From Octopus sinensis (taxonomy: Eukaryota): 64,000 nucleotides of DNA. Location: NCBI RefSeq assembly GCF_006345805.1, contig NC_042999.1, positions 29,760,001-29,824,000 on the forward strand, given 5' to 3'. Position numbers and translations under genes: made by a program. Below are positions 36,331-50,725 of this stretch, in pieces (the stretch's first letter is position 1; every line of letters starts with the position of its first letter). The notes beneath the pieces were generated by a model. That model was not told the origin of the DNA. It did not search any database and saw nothing but the letters and a program-made list of their open reading frames with translations.

Positions 36331-38782
36331 ATGTGGAAAAGATCACGGAAAAACGATAGAAACGTTAAAAGCATCAATTCTCAAGTGTCCCAGAACTGCA
36401 TCGATTAGTGTAAAAAATTACCTGTTCCGATGCATTGTGATAAAACTATAAACATGTAATAGTAAGAGATTGAAATAATACTGCAAAATTCCAGTTTGTT
36501 TCTGGTACTTTACGTATATCAACATTTTAACGGGGCATATTTAATAAAGCTTCTAATCGAATATTGGTGTTTCTATATATTTCATTTCCTCTCCTTTTAC
36601 AGCAAATGCCTGATTAGATACCTAAAAATATGTCTCATTGCAAAGATGATCTTAGATCTGTGACCTTGTCAATGAACTTCTCATGTTGCTTTAATTCCTT
36701 AGTTGTTATCTTTGTGCTGATTTCTCTTTTTCACGTATGAATAGTAAGAATTTTTGAGCCAAAGTTGACGTTGCAAATTTATATTACTAGGAACATTGCA
36801 TGCATTTTGGGGGAATGTTTTTTGGTTCTTGAGTATATTATTCTTTTCCCTTTTTACACTGACATTTGGGTGCTTTGATGACCCAATAATTCTTTATATT
36901 AATTGCATTGGTGGTGGTCTAACTCTAACACAGAATACATTTTACATCACCGTTCTTATTGAGGCGCTTTTCTTTTGTTTGGCAAGTTGATATAAGAATG
37001 TTTTTTCTCCTTTCCTTTTATAAAATTCAGTATTCTGTTAATCGTTCACATACGCTACAAAGGCCTTCCTCTATGAATGCTCTAGTGTTTTACCTATATT
37101 GCTCCTCTAAACACATGTCATTTGCTGTAGAACCCGGATGCAAGACCAAATGGAAGCAAATAAAGTCCTGGGATCCTTTAACATGATGAACGGAAACACG
37201 GTGGCTCAATGTAAATATCTTTCCCGTGTCCCAAAAATTATATCATCATGGCAGAGTTCAAAATCTATACGCACACTTGCACACACACAGAGCTTATATG
37301 AGAAACAAGTGAGCCAAAACGTTTGGGAGTATGCTATTATAGGGAAATTTAAGTTATAAGGTTAATTATTTGAGTAGTAAACATATTGGCGACAGGTTAT
37401 AAACAATTATACAATCATTAATTATTTTCGAAAACAAAAACAAGTGAAACATATACAAACACATGTCATGGGATTACCTATGGCATTATTCATAATGGCA
37501 CTACGAAAATATAACTCTTATATAAAAAAAACGAGATATATTCATGCGTGTGCATATAATTATGAGATGTTTTCGTGGGTGCAAAAGAGTCTAAAAAGGA
37601 ACATTATATGAAAAAGGGCCTACAGTTACCAGAGTAGCGAGCAGGAAAATGGTGGCCAAAAATCTGAAACCAGCAATTCGCATTAAATGCGGTGCTCCAC
37701 TTTCAAAGCAAGTGTTATTGTTGTACGAAAAGGTACAACCAGTGGAAACCATTGAAACCATTGGAAAATTATATTTCCCGTTGCTGAAATGACCTGCATT
37801 CTATCCAAACTTTTCCCTTTCCAAAACTACCTTCAGTTTGGGAGGCTCAAACATTATTTACGTTGTCAGTAACTTAGTACGGATAAAGAAATGCTGGAAG
37901 TGTTCACAAATGGCTGCGCGACCAGAATTAACAAGCCTTATAACCACTGGATAAACCACAGATTGACCAGAAATGATATAACCATTCAGCGCTTGCTTTC
38001 CTTTGACGAATTATAGAAGCAAGAGTGTGTATAATCTCTTACCTACCTTCGTACGTGTAAACGTTTTAAGAAGTCAAAGAGCATAGTTTCAAAATCTGAG
38101 TAATTTTGATAGTCATTGAATATTTCCTAAGACATAAATTTTAGCAACATTTTTTCCCTCTTCAGTTACACCCGATACACACACGACCCTGAAGTAACTG
38201 CTATACAGTTAATCAAAAGTAATTTTAAAAACCTAGGGACTAAAACGAGCGGATGGATAGAGAAATGAATAACAGCAAAGGGTACCATGGATATCCATCT
38301 TTGAAAAAGAAATTATTCTAAAGAATGCTGTAAACAAAATGCTTTGGAAAACAGAAAAGTTAGAAGCGAATGAAGAATCAGTTACAGTTATCCCTTTTGA
38401 GAAAATAGCTTCTTTCCTAGGTGCATATGTAAAAAAATAAGAGGGACATACGAACACTGCAGATTTTGAAAACGAAGAATCACTGCATCGTATCTACCTG
38501 GCTATCGAAGTGACATCCTGGGATCTAGACCAAGCTAGGTAGTTTTTTGTCAAAGACAAGCATGTGTACATTTTCTTTCATAACACATTATTCTAGTGGA
38601 GACTTCAAATTGAACTGTTCAATTTGAAGACTCCACTAGAGTGGACGAAAGCGCTATTATATGATATATGATGTATAAAAACATGTAACATACAAATAAA
38701 TATCTGTAAATATAAAACCATCCAGATTCCTGATTACCTCATTTCTTCTAATATATAATACCTGTACATCATCTACAAACCG

Positions 38783-38847
<65 letters not shown>

Positions 38848-40099
38848 TTGTGTTCATGTATAATCAATCTTCTGTTAGCAGTGTTATAACGCACAGTGCA
38901 AAAAAAACCTTTGCGAAAACAGACGTGTATATATTAATATCGTGAAGTAACTCACATTCTATGAATACGGATGCTTCCTAATGAACCAATGTAATTACCA
39001 ATAGAATTAGCTGTTAATTAGCTTTCACTGAAGTGATGCGCTTTCTTTGTCATTTAAGCATTGTATTAATTCCCACATAATTGTTTAGCTCTTTCGTATT
39101 TTCCACTTGTTTTAATTTTTGTTGCTTTTAGAAACGTCATGCAGAAAACTGAAAGCATTTAATTTCGTTTTCTTTTGACAATTATTTTACTTAATGTGTT
39201 TCTTTTTATTAAATCTTCTGTAAAGCATAAGATTTTATTGTGTTATTTATTTCAATTAGTTTAAGTATTGTTTTCTCAGTAATTAACATCAGTGAGGATA
39301 AATACAGATCTTTTTTTTTAAGATATAGACCCACTTACATATAAAAGTGTATTTTATTTTTGTACCAATCTTTCTTGATATAAAATATGCAGCCTGTGAA
39401 ATTCTTTCATTATACTTGCAACTTCTATCGTGTCCTGTTGTGTCTGGGGAGAGTCATTTTCTTTTTGTGTCTTATACTTTAACACACTCACCGGTAAAAT
39501 TTCCGCTTATTCCTTATTTTTATTTTCCTGAAATTTTCGTTGCGTCTTGCAACATTTTCAATAGTCTTGACTCTGTTCGTTATTTACACTGCGTTCCTTT
39601 TTGCTTCTTTGTGCGCATGTGTATGGGTCAGTGTGTGTGTGTGTGTGTGCATATGCATGCATGCATCTACGTATGCATGTATGTACGTATGTATGCATGT
39701 GTGTGTATGTATACAGATGTGTGTATGCATATGTATATATGAATGTGCACCTCTATGTATGCATTCTGCATATTCATGTCCTTGCATGTCCGTGTTTGTG
39801 TAGTTTCTGTGTATGTGTGCGTGTGTTTTATATATATGCATCTCTGTCTCCTTGTGTGAAGTAAAGTGTGTGCGTATATATGGACATGTATTTCAGTTTC
39901 CATTTGCATATATGTGCTTATCATATAACCTTTGTACCTATCCGTTTGTATGTTGATCTGTTTATTTTCATATCCATACACTTACATACATGTGCACCCC
40001 CCACCCACGCATACATACACCTATCTACATAACAGCCTACTAACTATTCTACTCTACCTGTGTAAACTATGGGTATGGAGGCATGATATCTACTATGAA

Positions 40100-40440
40100 T
40101 ATTTCCGATTTAGTATTGGGGAAGTTTCACGTATAAGGATGTACTCCCGTATTTCTCTGAGTGTTGGCTCTTTTGGGTGCTTGGATACGATGCGGATGTC
40201 AAGTTAGCCCGAGTTGCCTCCATGGTGGTCTTTGGCATGTTGTTAGAGTATGGAGGACTGCATTTTTATGTCGACATATTGTCTCACATGTTCATTTAGT
40301 CGTTCCGCAATGCTCCTAGATGTCTCCTCTATGTACGTCATGTTCATATCTTTATAAGCACCTTCGATGTATCTTATGCTGAAAACTACATTTCGAGTTC
40401 TACAGTTCTATGAGTTCCATCGTGTCAATGAACAGCTATT
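40100..40440 (-). pseudogene. PLE GIY-YIG endonuclease fragment of a second (Neptune-like, inferred) type
   Basis: NCRTRNVVFSI...TYIEETSRSIAERLNEH.RQY...SIL*QHAKDHHGG...IRIVSKHP..PTLREI.EYILIRETSPILNRK. Confidence 0.7.
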
Positions 40441-40884
40441 GCTTATCTATATAATTTTATTTCATGTTCTATTTTCTTTCAGCAATGGTATCTTCCATTA
40501 ATGAGAAAACAAATATATACACCCAATTTTTCAATAGAAAATGTTGCTTCCTCTGAATCATTAGAAAATTACTTGTTAATGTTCTATTATTTCCTTCATT
40601 TTCTTATCACTTGTTCCCGACCAATAAATATTCGACTTACTATATCAGGTAAAGAAAGGGGTAATCACATCGGAATTCAGAAATCATTTAGCCATAGCTT
40701 TAAAATATTTATTTATTATTTCTTAACATAACATTCGATATAATGTTGCCTATGTTTATTTTTACTTTTAACAGTTCTCGTCGATTTAGCTATCCTATTT
40801 TGAGTAACTTTTGTGATTACGAAAAAAGTAGTTTAAAGATGCCAGGGAGCCCGGTTGTAGAAGAGCAGCCGGTCTCGCAAACAT

Positions 40885-41300
40885 CATTTATTTCTCACTT
40901 AATTATTTCAGTCATTTAACTGCAGCCATACTGGGGCACAAACTTGAAGGGTTTTATTCGAACAAATCGACACTTGGACTATGCCATCAGGTTATCTTGC
41001 CGAACCGCTAAGCAACGTTAGGTGAACGCAACAGCTCCATTTGTTAAGTTGTGCTAGGAGGGGGGGGCGCAAACACAGACATAAAGACACAAAGTCACAC
41101 ACACATGCACACGCTCGCGCTCACACGTATGTCTATACACATATACGATGGAGTTCTTTCAGTTGTCCTCTACCAAATCCACTCAGAAGGATTTGGTCGG
41201 TCCAAGGCTATCGTAGAATATATTGCCTAATATTCCACGCGGTGAGACTCAATACGGAGCCACGTGGATGGAAGGCAAGCATCATACTACACAGCCATAT
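40885..41300 (-). mobile_element. tRNA-derived SINE (same family as 31874-32278), diverged
   Basis: Minus strand TATGGCTGTGTAGTA...GCCTTGGACCGACCAAATCCTTCTGAGTGGATTTGG...CCCCAGTATGGCTGCAGTTAAATGACTGAAA. Confidence 0.65.
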
Positions 41301-44187
41301 CTGTGCCTATGAAAACTTTGTTAAACCTCCATTCATATATCATCCATATATTCCAAATATCCATGATCCTTTGTTTTATGCTCAACACAGTAGAATTGTG
41401 TGTCTTTGAAATGTAGGTTTATATTCAGGCACGAAAATGTAGAAGATACGTAAAACAGCGTTTCAAAAATAGTAAGGTTAGATAGATCAAAATAATCATT
41501 CGTTTTTCTTCATGTTATTTCTGCAAGGTATTATATATGGCTTTCCCGAATTTGACAATACGTGTATATTATGCTTTCGAGTTTTGGTGAATTTATATTG
41601 GTTTTATATATGAAACAGCCGTGGCATTCTGAGTAGTAGGAAATGGATTTTTATCGGCAACTGCTTTAACGTCTGGAATATGCCGACTATATCGAGAACA
41701 GAAAACAGCTGATCGTATCTGATGTCTGCAGTAATGAGGTAAAATTCACAATTTGGTAATCCTTGCCTTTGAACTTCTAGTTCCTTGATATGGCGAATGC
41801 ATGTTCGAGAGAGAAGTGACGCTGGCTTAAAATGAAGAGTTGCAGATTGATATATTGATAGTTTATCAACGAATTACGTCTTCGTCAAAACCAAGTTTTA
41901 GCTTGATATCTGAATGTTACGGTGTACCAATTCATGAAATTAGCTGTAAGAATAATCTTTAGATTGCCTTTCTGATATTACAGAAAGAACGATGCTATGC
42001 GTATAGTACTTAATAACTTGGGCTATTTAGCTGATCGAAAAAATGGGGTGGAGAAAGAAGGCAAGAGGGCAGGAAAGAAAACAGTAAATATAATATTAAT
42101 GGAATGAGAATAATTCAGAGAGGAGATGCTAAAACACAAGGACAGAAAAATTCAAGGCCAAATAATGAATGTGAATAGCAAAGAGGAAGAGACCATGAAG
42201 GAATGGAAGAACAAATGAAGAAAAGAAACGTGAAAAAGAGAATGAACGGAAATAAATAAACAGACAAAAATATACAGAGATTTATATAGAAAGACCAATA
42301 TTTATCCATCTAGACAAATTACATTTATTTGTTTCAACGTAACTATTTATGAATAGGAAACTAAAAAAACAAGAGAATATCCGTATGCAAATTTTCTGAA
42401 TATATATTTATGAATATTGATTCATATTTTCGTTTATATTTTTAAATAAGTGCAGTTTTTAAAATAAGAAATATCATATTTCCGAAAGCTTTAACGAAGT
42501 AATTCATCTAAATGCAGTGAGTGAGATAAGGGGAGAGAAAGGGGGATTAGATGCATGATTTGTGATTAGACCCGGACGTGGTGTGACAGATAGACAGTTT
42601 TCCAGATCTTCGATTTATGGCTATCACTTTACGTAAATATCGCAAATGTTTTGGAATTTAAATAGCAACACTGTTTTATGGAATCAGAAATTACGATTAT
42701 CCGACATTGTATTTAGAGAAAAGCAGCTAATTCAAAACAAAAGTAAAGCTGAGAGTGGTGGAACTTGAAATGAGTGCATAATTATTCAGAATAAGTATAT
42801 TAAATAATTTTTTCTAATTCAGATACAAACCTAACAATTTTAAGGAGTGAAGTTAGTGGGCTACACGGGCACAAGTACTTAACTGATACTTATATTATCG
42901 ACTCCGAATAAATGACAGGTAAAGTCGACACCAAGGAGCCTTTGAACACAGAAAGGAATTTGAAATGAAATGCTAAGCATATTGCCAGCTCACTTCCATT
43001 ACCAATTTAACAATAATAGATTTAAAAAGAGCATCCTTGTAGCATCAGATTCAGGGTATGGTTACGCTAGCACCATAGAATTTACAAATCTCTAGTTTTC
43101 ATAGATTTCTCTCCGCATTGTATACTCATAAAGTAAAATTGGAAACCAAATCTAAAGGGTATTTGGTTCTCTTTAAAATTACTCCTACTGAAATTTCGTT
43201 TTAGTCATACTCTTATTATTTCGCCCCTTAATATATACCTACGTTTCCACAATGCAAAATTTTAATTATTGAGTTGTGCACAAAACTATGGATTTTTGAG
43301 GTTTAAATAATATGTATGGCCCCCAGTTAATTCTTGCATTGTGTACAATTAGTACCATGGATGTACTATATTATTTCTTCTTAGTTTAAACCAGGTGCAT
43401 ATTAGTTACAATTCTGGAGAGGATATTGTTGAGGTATAATTTCATTGAATATTGGATTATGAAGTTAACATTTACCATGTAGCACCTAGCCAAAGAGGAG
43501 TAAAGAGTTCAACACATGCGTTAGAGTTAGTAACCAAATCCTATAAAAATAACATGATTTTCAACCACGAAACATCGGACAGATTTTTCATAAGATGCGC
43601 AGTCACAAAACAACTCTGTGTTGTAATGAATGGAATGTCTCTGATCATTTAAAACCTAAACCAAACCTGAATTGGTGTTAAAAAAAAATAAAATCGTTTC
43701 ATATAATTTATAATGAACATAATTCGAAGCATTGTAAGTCCAGGACAAAATACATTCGATTGATATATTCAAAACATGGTCAACTAATTCTACATTCAAT
43801 ACAAATCATTCCGATGAAACTTGCATGCATCAAGACTCGCTAACTGTAACCATATTTTAAAAAATATATCTTCTCAGACGAGTTGTATTAATAACTAAAT
43901 TATTCATAACTGCATGATCTCAAAAGTAGTAATCGTCGAGAAATGCGGCTGCTATATCTAGTAAATCGAAAAACCATGTACAGGCTCCCGATATGACAAG
44001 CGTATCATCTACGTTGTGTTTTATTCATACATGAATTCAAAGACCATATTTATAATTCCATTTTCTTTATCTGATATTTATATTTGTTGTTTTCGTAAAC
44101 TTAAATAATAAAACTTTGACAGTATAGCTATAAAAAGATATCTATAAATACAATAACTGATAACTAGAAGCGCAAATAAAGACATAC

Positions 44188-44251
<64 letters not shown>

Positions 44252-45584
44252 GTGTGTGTTGTGTGTGTGTGTGTGTTGTGTGTGTGTGTGTTGTGGTGTG
44301 TTGTGTGTGGTGGTGTGTGAATGCATATGCATAACCATGTAAACATGGACATACACATGCAATGTGTGAGGTTGCATTATGAGTTGGGTGTTTGAATATG
44401 ACGCTGAGTGTGTGTGGGTGGACGTGCGTGCATGCGTGCGTGCGTGAGTGCGTCTATGTGAGGACGCATGTTTGTGCGTGTAAGTGTGTGTACGAGCGTG
44501 TACAAATACCTCTGCATGTTCATTAATTTTTGTTCGTGAATATTGACAAATATTATTCTGAAACTGGAAATTAACATCACATAAAACAGAATCACAGTTC
44601 TATAACCAGGGTTGTATGATATGCGATTTCTACTTGATCGATGTATATTTATCCTCCCATTTTTTTCCTGGCAATATCGTTGAAATTTTTTTTTGTGATT
44701 CTGTTATAATTCTATTATAAAATCTGTATTTGACAACACATAAAATACTTTTATTTCCCTTATAGTAGATATATACTAAATACTTGAAACTAACAAATCA
44801 ACAATATGACAACTAGAATAATTATAAGTTTCTATAGAAAGACATCAATATTCCGAATAATATTTATAACTTTGTTTTCAAGGTGCTGCAGCAAAATTCA
44901 CCATTAGTGATGAAAAAGTCATACACAGTATACTTCGTGCTAATAGATCCGCTATTTCCGTTTTAACATGTAATATATTTGAAAGAAATCAAGCATGCTG
45001 AGATAGTGTGGAAACCTGTTTTCGACTTTGTCACATTAGAGAATTATCTGAAAGAAATGTTGCATTACAAGAGGATATGTAACTGAAAAGAACTTCCTGA
45101 AAGTAACAACGAACATTGAAAGTTTTACATCCACCTTATAATTCATGCTTGTTTTCCCATAAATACTTGGCATTGTATAAGAAACAGTGCCACATTTGAT
45201 CGCATACGAGAGTGTATTTTCATACTTTTAGTTTCCTGCTGCGAGGACTTCAACTCTGTTAATTAACACTGAAGACTTAAACATACTTTCCTCTTCTGTT
45301 GCATTTCTTTCTTTGTGGAAAGCGAGAAACTCTTGAAGACAGGATTTTAATGGCTAATAGAAATACTTAAATAGCTGCAGTTTTAGAAATTGCTACCAAA
45401 TCGCACTTACATGTACACGCGCACACACACAAACGATGCATCTTAGTATATCCTTACAATATTTCTCTCTCCGTAACAGTATATATACACACACAAAAAC
45501 AAATATATGTACCATACATATTTATGTAGACACCAATATCTTTCCTTCTATCTACTTCTCTATATCGATATTGATATCTATATG

Positions 45585-45615
<31 letters not shown>

Positions 45616-45930
45616 GAGAGAGAGAGAGAGGGAGAGAGAGTGAGAGAGAGATGAGAAAGTTGGTTTGTGAAAGCACGTGGTTGAATATATGGAAAATAGT
45701 AAAAAGTGAAAAGACTACGGAAGGCTTGTTTTGAAAGGTTAAAAAATATATATTTGAGTCAATATGTCTGAAGAATATTATAAATTTTTTTCTTAAAATG
45801 ACATAGTTTAGAAGAAATGACCGGTTTTCACTTTTTACTATTTTCTATATTTTTACTATTTTCTCTCTCTCTCTCTCTCTGTATATATATATAATATATA
45901 TATATATATTGTATATATATATATATGTAT

Positions 45931-45964
<34 letters not shown>

Positions 45965-45986
45965 ATAATATATATATATATGTAAC

Positions 45987-46025
<39 letters not shown>

Positions 46026-46577
46026 TATATTAGAGAGAGAGAGAGAGAGAGAAAAATATATATAATATATATAAAGAGACAGAGAGAGAAATAAAGCTCT
46101 AAAAACATAAACCTTATACATATAGATAAAAGTACAAGTGCACGTGAATCTGTGAGTAATATGAGTGTATATCGAGATATTTAATATATTGTAATAAAAT
46201 GGTGTCTCCAGCTGCAGTAAAAGCGTTTCGTCTTAAGAAATTTTTAATTCGTCTTGTAGACTTTAGTCTTAGATAATACGAAAATATAATTTGCTTTGTT
46301 GGTATGTTGACACACATATATTTTATACGTGTTATTTAATTTATTCTCCAAACCATAGTTATTTCTTCGACTTGTACCATATTTTGTAGAAAACTTGCTC
46401 AAACGATTGCAATAAAACGCTGGGCGCCTGAGAGTAATATCATTTAAATACGAATGTGAACATTTTAGTAGAATTGTAAATTTGTGCTTTGTGTCGAAAT
46501 ACTGATTTAGACAGCTATATCCACGAAAGAATTGTTATTCTAAAACTTATGTTTGTGCTTGCGAAAGTGTTTATTTG

Positions 46578-46626
<49 letters not shown>

Positions 46627-46644
46627 TATATATATAATGAATTG

Positions 46645-46677
<33 letters not shown>

Positions 46678-46700
46678 ATATATAATATATATATGGATTG

Positions 46701-46733
<33 letters not shown>

Positions 46734-46869
46734 ATATTTACGTATATAAATATATACATACACAGACACACTGAACCCAACACACATGTAGTTACGTATA
46801 TATAATTTTATATATATGATTCCGAATGTGAATAAAGAAAACAAGAGGTCAAATGTTATATTGAATTGA

Positions 46870-47110
46870 AATTTAATTATCAGTGTACTTTCCCTGGTTA
46901 TGTGTGATTACCTTCCATTTATTTACAAGGTTTTTAACCCCATCAATGTAAAATTTCTTTGGTTTCAAAGCGAAGAACTCTGAAATATCAGTTTTGACTT
47001 CCTCCTGGCTTGCGAAAGTTATGCCCCTTTAGACATTTTAGAGTGGCGTATCACGGAACCGAATCCTGCTAAATCACTTATGATCATCCGGTATCAACAC
47101 TCACCAGTCA
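46870..47110 (-). mobile_element. Mariner transposase C-terminal remnant
   Basis: Minus strand F.SQEEVKTDISEFFALKP..FYIDGLKNLVNKWKVITHNQGKYTDN*. Confidence 0.65.
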
Positions 47111-47948
47111 AAGATAGACCACAGTCACGAGAAGCTCGCTGTAGCCGCCTGAATTGAACATAAGGCCATGCACAAAATTGTGAAGCGGCTTCATGACGCC
47201 TTCAAAGAAAATATAAGCTTCAGGGAAATTGGTTCATAGGAATTTCATATCATGTTTTGAAACCTTTACAGTTTCACTGGGCATCGTTAGGATATTCGCA
47301 TTTTGATACACGTAGCCTATCACTATGATATAGGAAATTCTTTTCTAACATCCCAATCGTTTAAGCTTCACTAAACCAGGTAACATTTTCTCATCTATGA
47401 CTTATTTGTTGTACCCCGCACCCACGTCGATGACTATTCCACAATATATCAAGCTGTTCTTCAAAAGATGACACATAAAAATGACCGTCAAAATTAGCCA
47501 GGAACACCCTGTACGAATGAGGGGACTCAAATCAAATGACAGACAGCTGGATTCGTCTACTCCTCATTAATAAGGGTTAAACACCTAAAAACTAGTCTGT
47601 GGGTGCCGGACAAGCAAGGGAAGCTGTTGACCTCCACTATTCGAATGTCATAATCGACACAGGCTCGTGTATCACATAGATAGCTAGAGGCGATGGTCTC
47701 TTGTAGCTAATCAACAGAAGCATTCTTCCAATTTATGTGGACTATCATGTTAGCTTGGCGATAACTATTCATATCCAGTACCGCTGTCGTAGTCTCCTGA
47801 GAGAAACTTAGAAATAATGATATTTCTAAGCATATATGCTGAACATATATATATGCATGTACTATTTACACACGCATACATATGTACATAAATACATAGA
47901 TAAACACACAAAGATGTACATATATATTTATATATATACACATGTATA

Positions 47949-47990
<42 letters not shown>

Positions 47991-48347
47991 TTAAAAAATC
48001 CTTGAGAATGGTGATTATATATATTTTATTATACAATTTCAGGGTTTTCTTCAATTATCAGATTTATAAAACAGTGATTTGCAGTGAGTTTGCTTCGACT
48101 TTCTTTATAAAATCATATATAAAAGGATAAGCACACTTACTGTAGACCACTATTTTGGGGAATCCGATGACGGAGGAAGGCGCTGAAAATGTAAGTAAAA
48201 ATTTAAATAACCATCCAACATTGTGACTACCTCATTCTCCATATATAGTATGTGTACATCACTTCAAATCTCTGTCTTTCTCTCTCTAAATACAATCACA
48301 CAAACACACACATATGTATATGTAGAAATATATGAGGATATGTATGC

Positions 48348-48378
<31 letters not shown>

Positions 48379-48414
48379 ATGTATATATATATATATGATG
48401 TATATATACATATG

Positions 48415-48502
<88 letters not shown>

Positions 48503-49009
48503 GACACCGAGTGTTTCCATGCAATGAGAAAATAATCCGCTTCATACAATTTTGCAGAGCAATTCTGTCCACGGTGAGAAAATTAGTTTGTTTCTTTAGG
48601 ACATCTTATGCAAAATATAATTACATTTATTCTCAATAGTTATGTTTATGAAAGCATCATTGTTAATCCCACCATTGTTATTACTATACACATCGTTGTC
48701 TTGTCATTGATACGATATAGTAAATAATGAACACAGATATGTATGTATATATATAAGGATAATATCGAAATTATCAAGTGGCCAGCATGGGAAGAAATAC
48801 CATGCATAGGTAATAATTTTTCACAACAATAAATAAGGTTATCTGAGAGACACTACCATGACGGAATAGCAGTGAAACCATGACTCTAAAAACCACCTCA
48901 AATGTTCATATCGCCCGCCGAGATAAGACAGAGAGAAAAATAATGTAGCAAGAATATATTACTGGATAATTCAAGATCTTGGATTTCTAGCTTTGTTTTA
49001 AATAAGCAA

Positions 49010-49045
<36 letters not shown>

Positions 49046-49455
49046 TAATATATAAAGAATCCCAACACCCCTCATATTGTCAATTACCACTAAATTATGC
49101 AGAACTATTTTCTGAGTGTTTAAGCAGAAACTTTGAAATTATGCTATATCTCATATTCTACGTACTCCATTAATTCTAATAGGTCAGGATTATGACACTC
49201 ACGTGAAACAGATCAATGTGACACAAATTTATTCAATGTTAGTGATGAGAATTAATCCGAGGAATATGAAGAAATTATAAATTAACAGCTATAATATTTA
49301 AATAGCCATTTAAATACCTCTTCAACAAAGAACGATCATTCATAAAAAAACATTTATGCAGTTATATACATGACTAGAAATGTGTTTGTATGTGCATATA
49401 CACACATAGACAGCAGAACAAACACACAAAACCACATACGCACACATTCACACAA

Positions 49456-49486
<31 letters not shown>

Positions 49487-49534
49487 CATTCATACACATA
49501 TACACACACAAATATATATATATATATATACATA

Positions 49535-49800
49535 GGGTGGTGCAATAGCTTAGCGGTTAGGGCCATGGACTCGCGGTCGCGTGTTTATTGAGCGAAAACA
49601 CCTTAAAGCTCTATGAGGCTCCGGCAGGGGGTGGTGATCCCTACTGTACTCTTTCACCTCTCTTTCTCTCACTCTTTCTTCTGTCGGCCTGCTCGCTTAG
49701 CCAACGGGGTGGCGTCATTCGAAGGCTAAAACAATGCGAACGCATTGTGACAAGGGATGTGTAGCAACATCTGATGGAATGGTCGGTCACGTGATCAAGT
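49535..49800 (+). mobile_element. tRNA-derived SINE-like repeat
   Basis: GGTGCAATAGCTTAGCGGTTAGGGC head (A-box-like), B-box region apparently deleted, then TTGAGCGAAAACACC body. Confidence 0.5.
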
Positions 49801-49851
49801 GATATATATAGAGAGATATACACACACACATTTATATATATATGTATATAT

Positions 49852-49896
<45 letters not shown>

Positions 49897-49897
<1 letters not shown>

Positions 49898-50680
49898 TAA
49901 TCAATATAGGGTGGCAAGGAAAATTTTGTAGAATTTTATTGCCACCAGCGGCCCAGCGGGAAAAAAATTAAATAGTCATAGACCATTTTTAAGTTCAACA
50001 TTAACATTAAGGAACGGCCATAATAGGCCATTCACCCACTAGAAATAACAGCCAAAGCTTCTACCGCAAATAAAGATTAATTCCGTAAACAGGAGAAAAT
50101 TAAAAAAAACATTACCCTGTAATTTCTTGTACGGTATACCGTTTCATCCGCTGTTTAATGGTATACTAACCTGATTAAATTAAATCAAGCCAATCTTCCA
50201 TAAGCCCTCGGATTCTTCAGCAAGAAATAGCTCAAGACGGAACAGATATATACACGAGGCATACCCAATCTTGCAAGTCAATATCTGACCTAAAATTTTC
50301 AAATCGTCGCACTCGCGCCAAATTTATCGGCAGCAAATAAATATCAGCCGTCGATTCCATTACGGAATTAACCAAAAAATTCATAATTAATCAATATAGG
50401 GTGGCAAGGAAAATTTTGTAGAATTTTATTGCCACCAGCGGCCCAGCGGGAAAAAAATTAAATAGTCATAGACCATTTTTAAGTTCAACATTAACAATTA
50501 AGGAACGGCCATAATAGGCCATTCACCCACTAGAAATAACAGCCAAAGCTTCTACCGCAAATAAAGATTAATTCCGTAAACAGGAGAAAATTAAAAAAAA
50601 CATTTACCCTGTAATTTCTTGTACGGTATACCGTTTCATCCGCTGTTTAATGGTATACTAACCTGATTAAATTAAATCAA

Positions 50681-50684
<4 letters not shown>
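49897..50684 (-). mobile_element. ORF-less HHR-bearing partial-tandem element (~490-bp unit, ~297-bp duplication), retrozyme-like
   Basis: 49897-50192 is repeated at 50387-50684 with ~2 indels. A complete HHR spans the end of the first copy, and the element is flanked by (AT)n on both sides. Confidence 0.85.
50122..50228 (-). ncRNA. Type I hammerhead ribozyme, all stems perfect
   Basis: ATTTCTTG-CTGAAGA-ATCCG...CGGAT-GAAA-CGGTATACC-GTA^CAAGAAAT. Stem I is 8 bp, stem II is 5 bp, stem III is the palindrome ACGGTATACCGT, and cleavage falls between 50130 and 50129. Confidence 0.92.

Positions 50685-50725
<41 letters not shown>

Noticed and set aside
36700-38460. Short coding-looking stretches (e.g. 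PGCKTKWKQIKSWDPLT, WISIFEKEIILKNAVNKMLWK) as host exons
   Set aside because: No recognisable domain, frequent stops and unconvincing splice pairs. Cannot be supported without transcript data.
48835-48895. HHR-like CTGAGAGA-CACT...AGT-GAAA-CCATG
   Set aside because: Core, stem I and cleavage triplet are not canonical. At best a heavily eroded relic.
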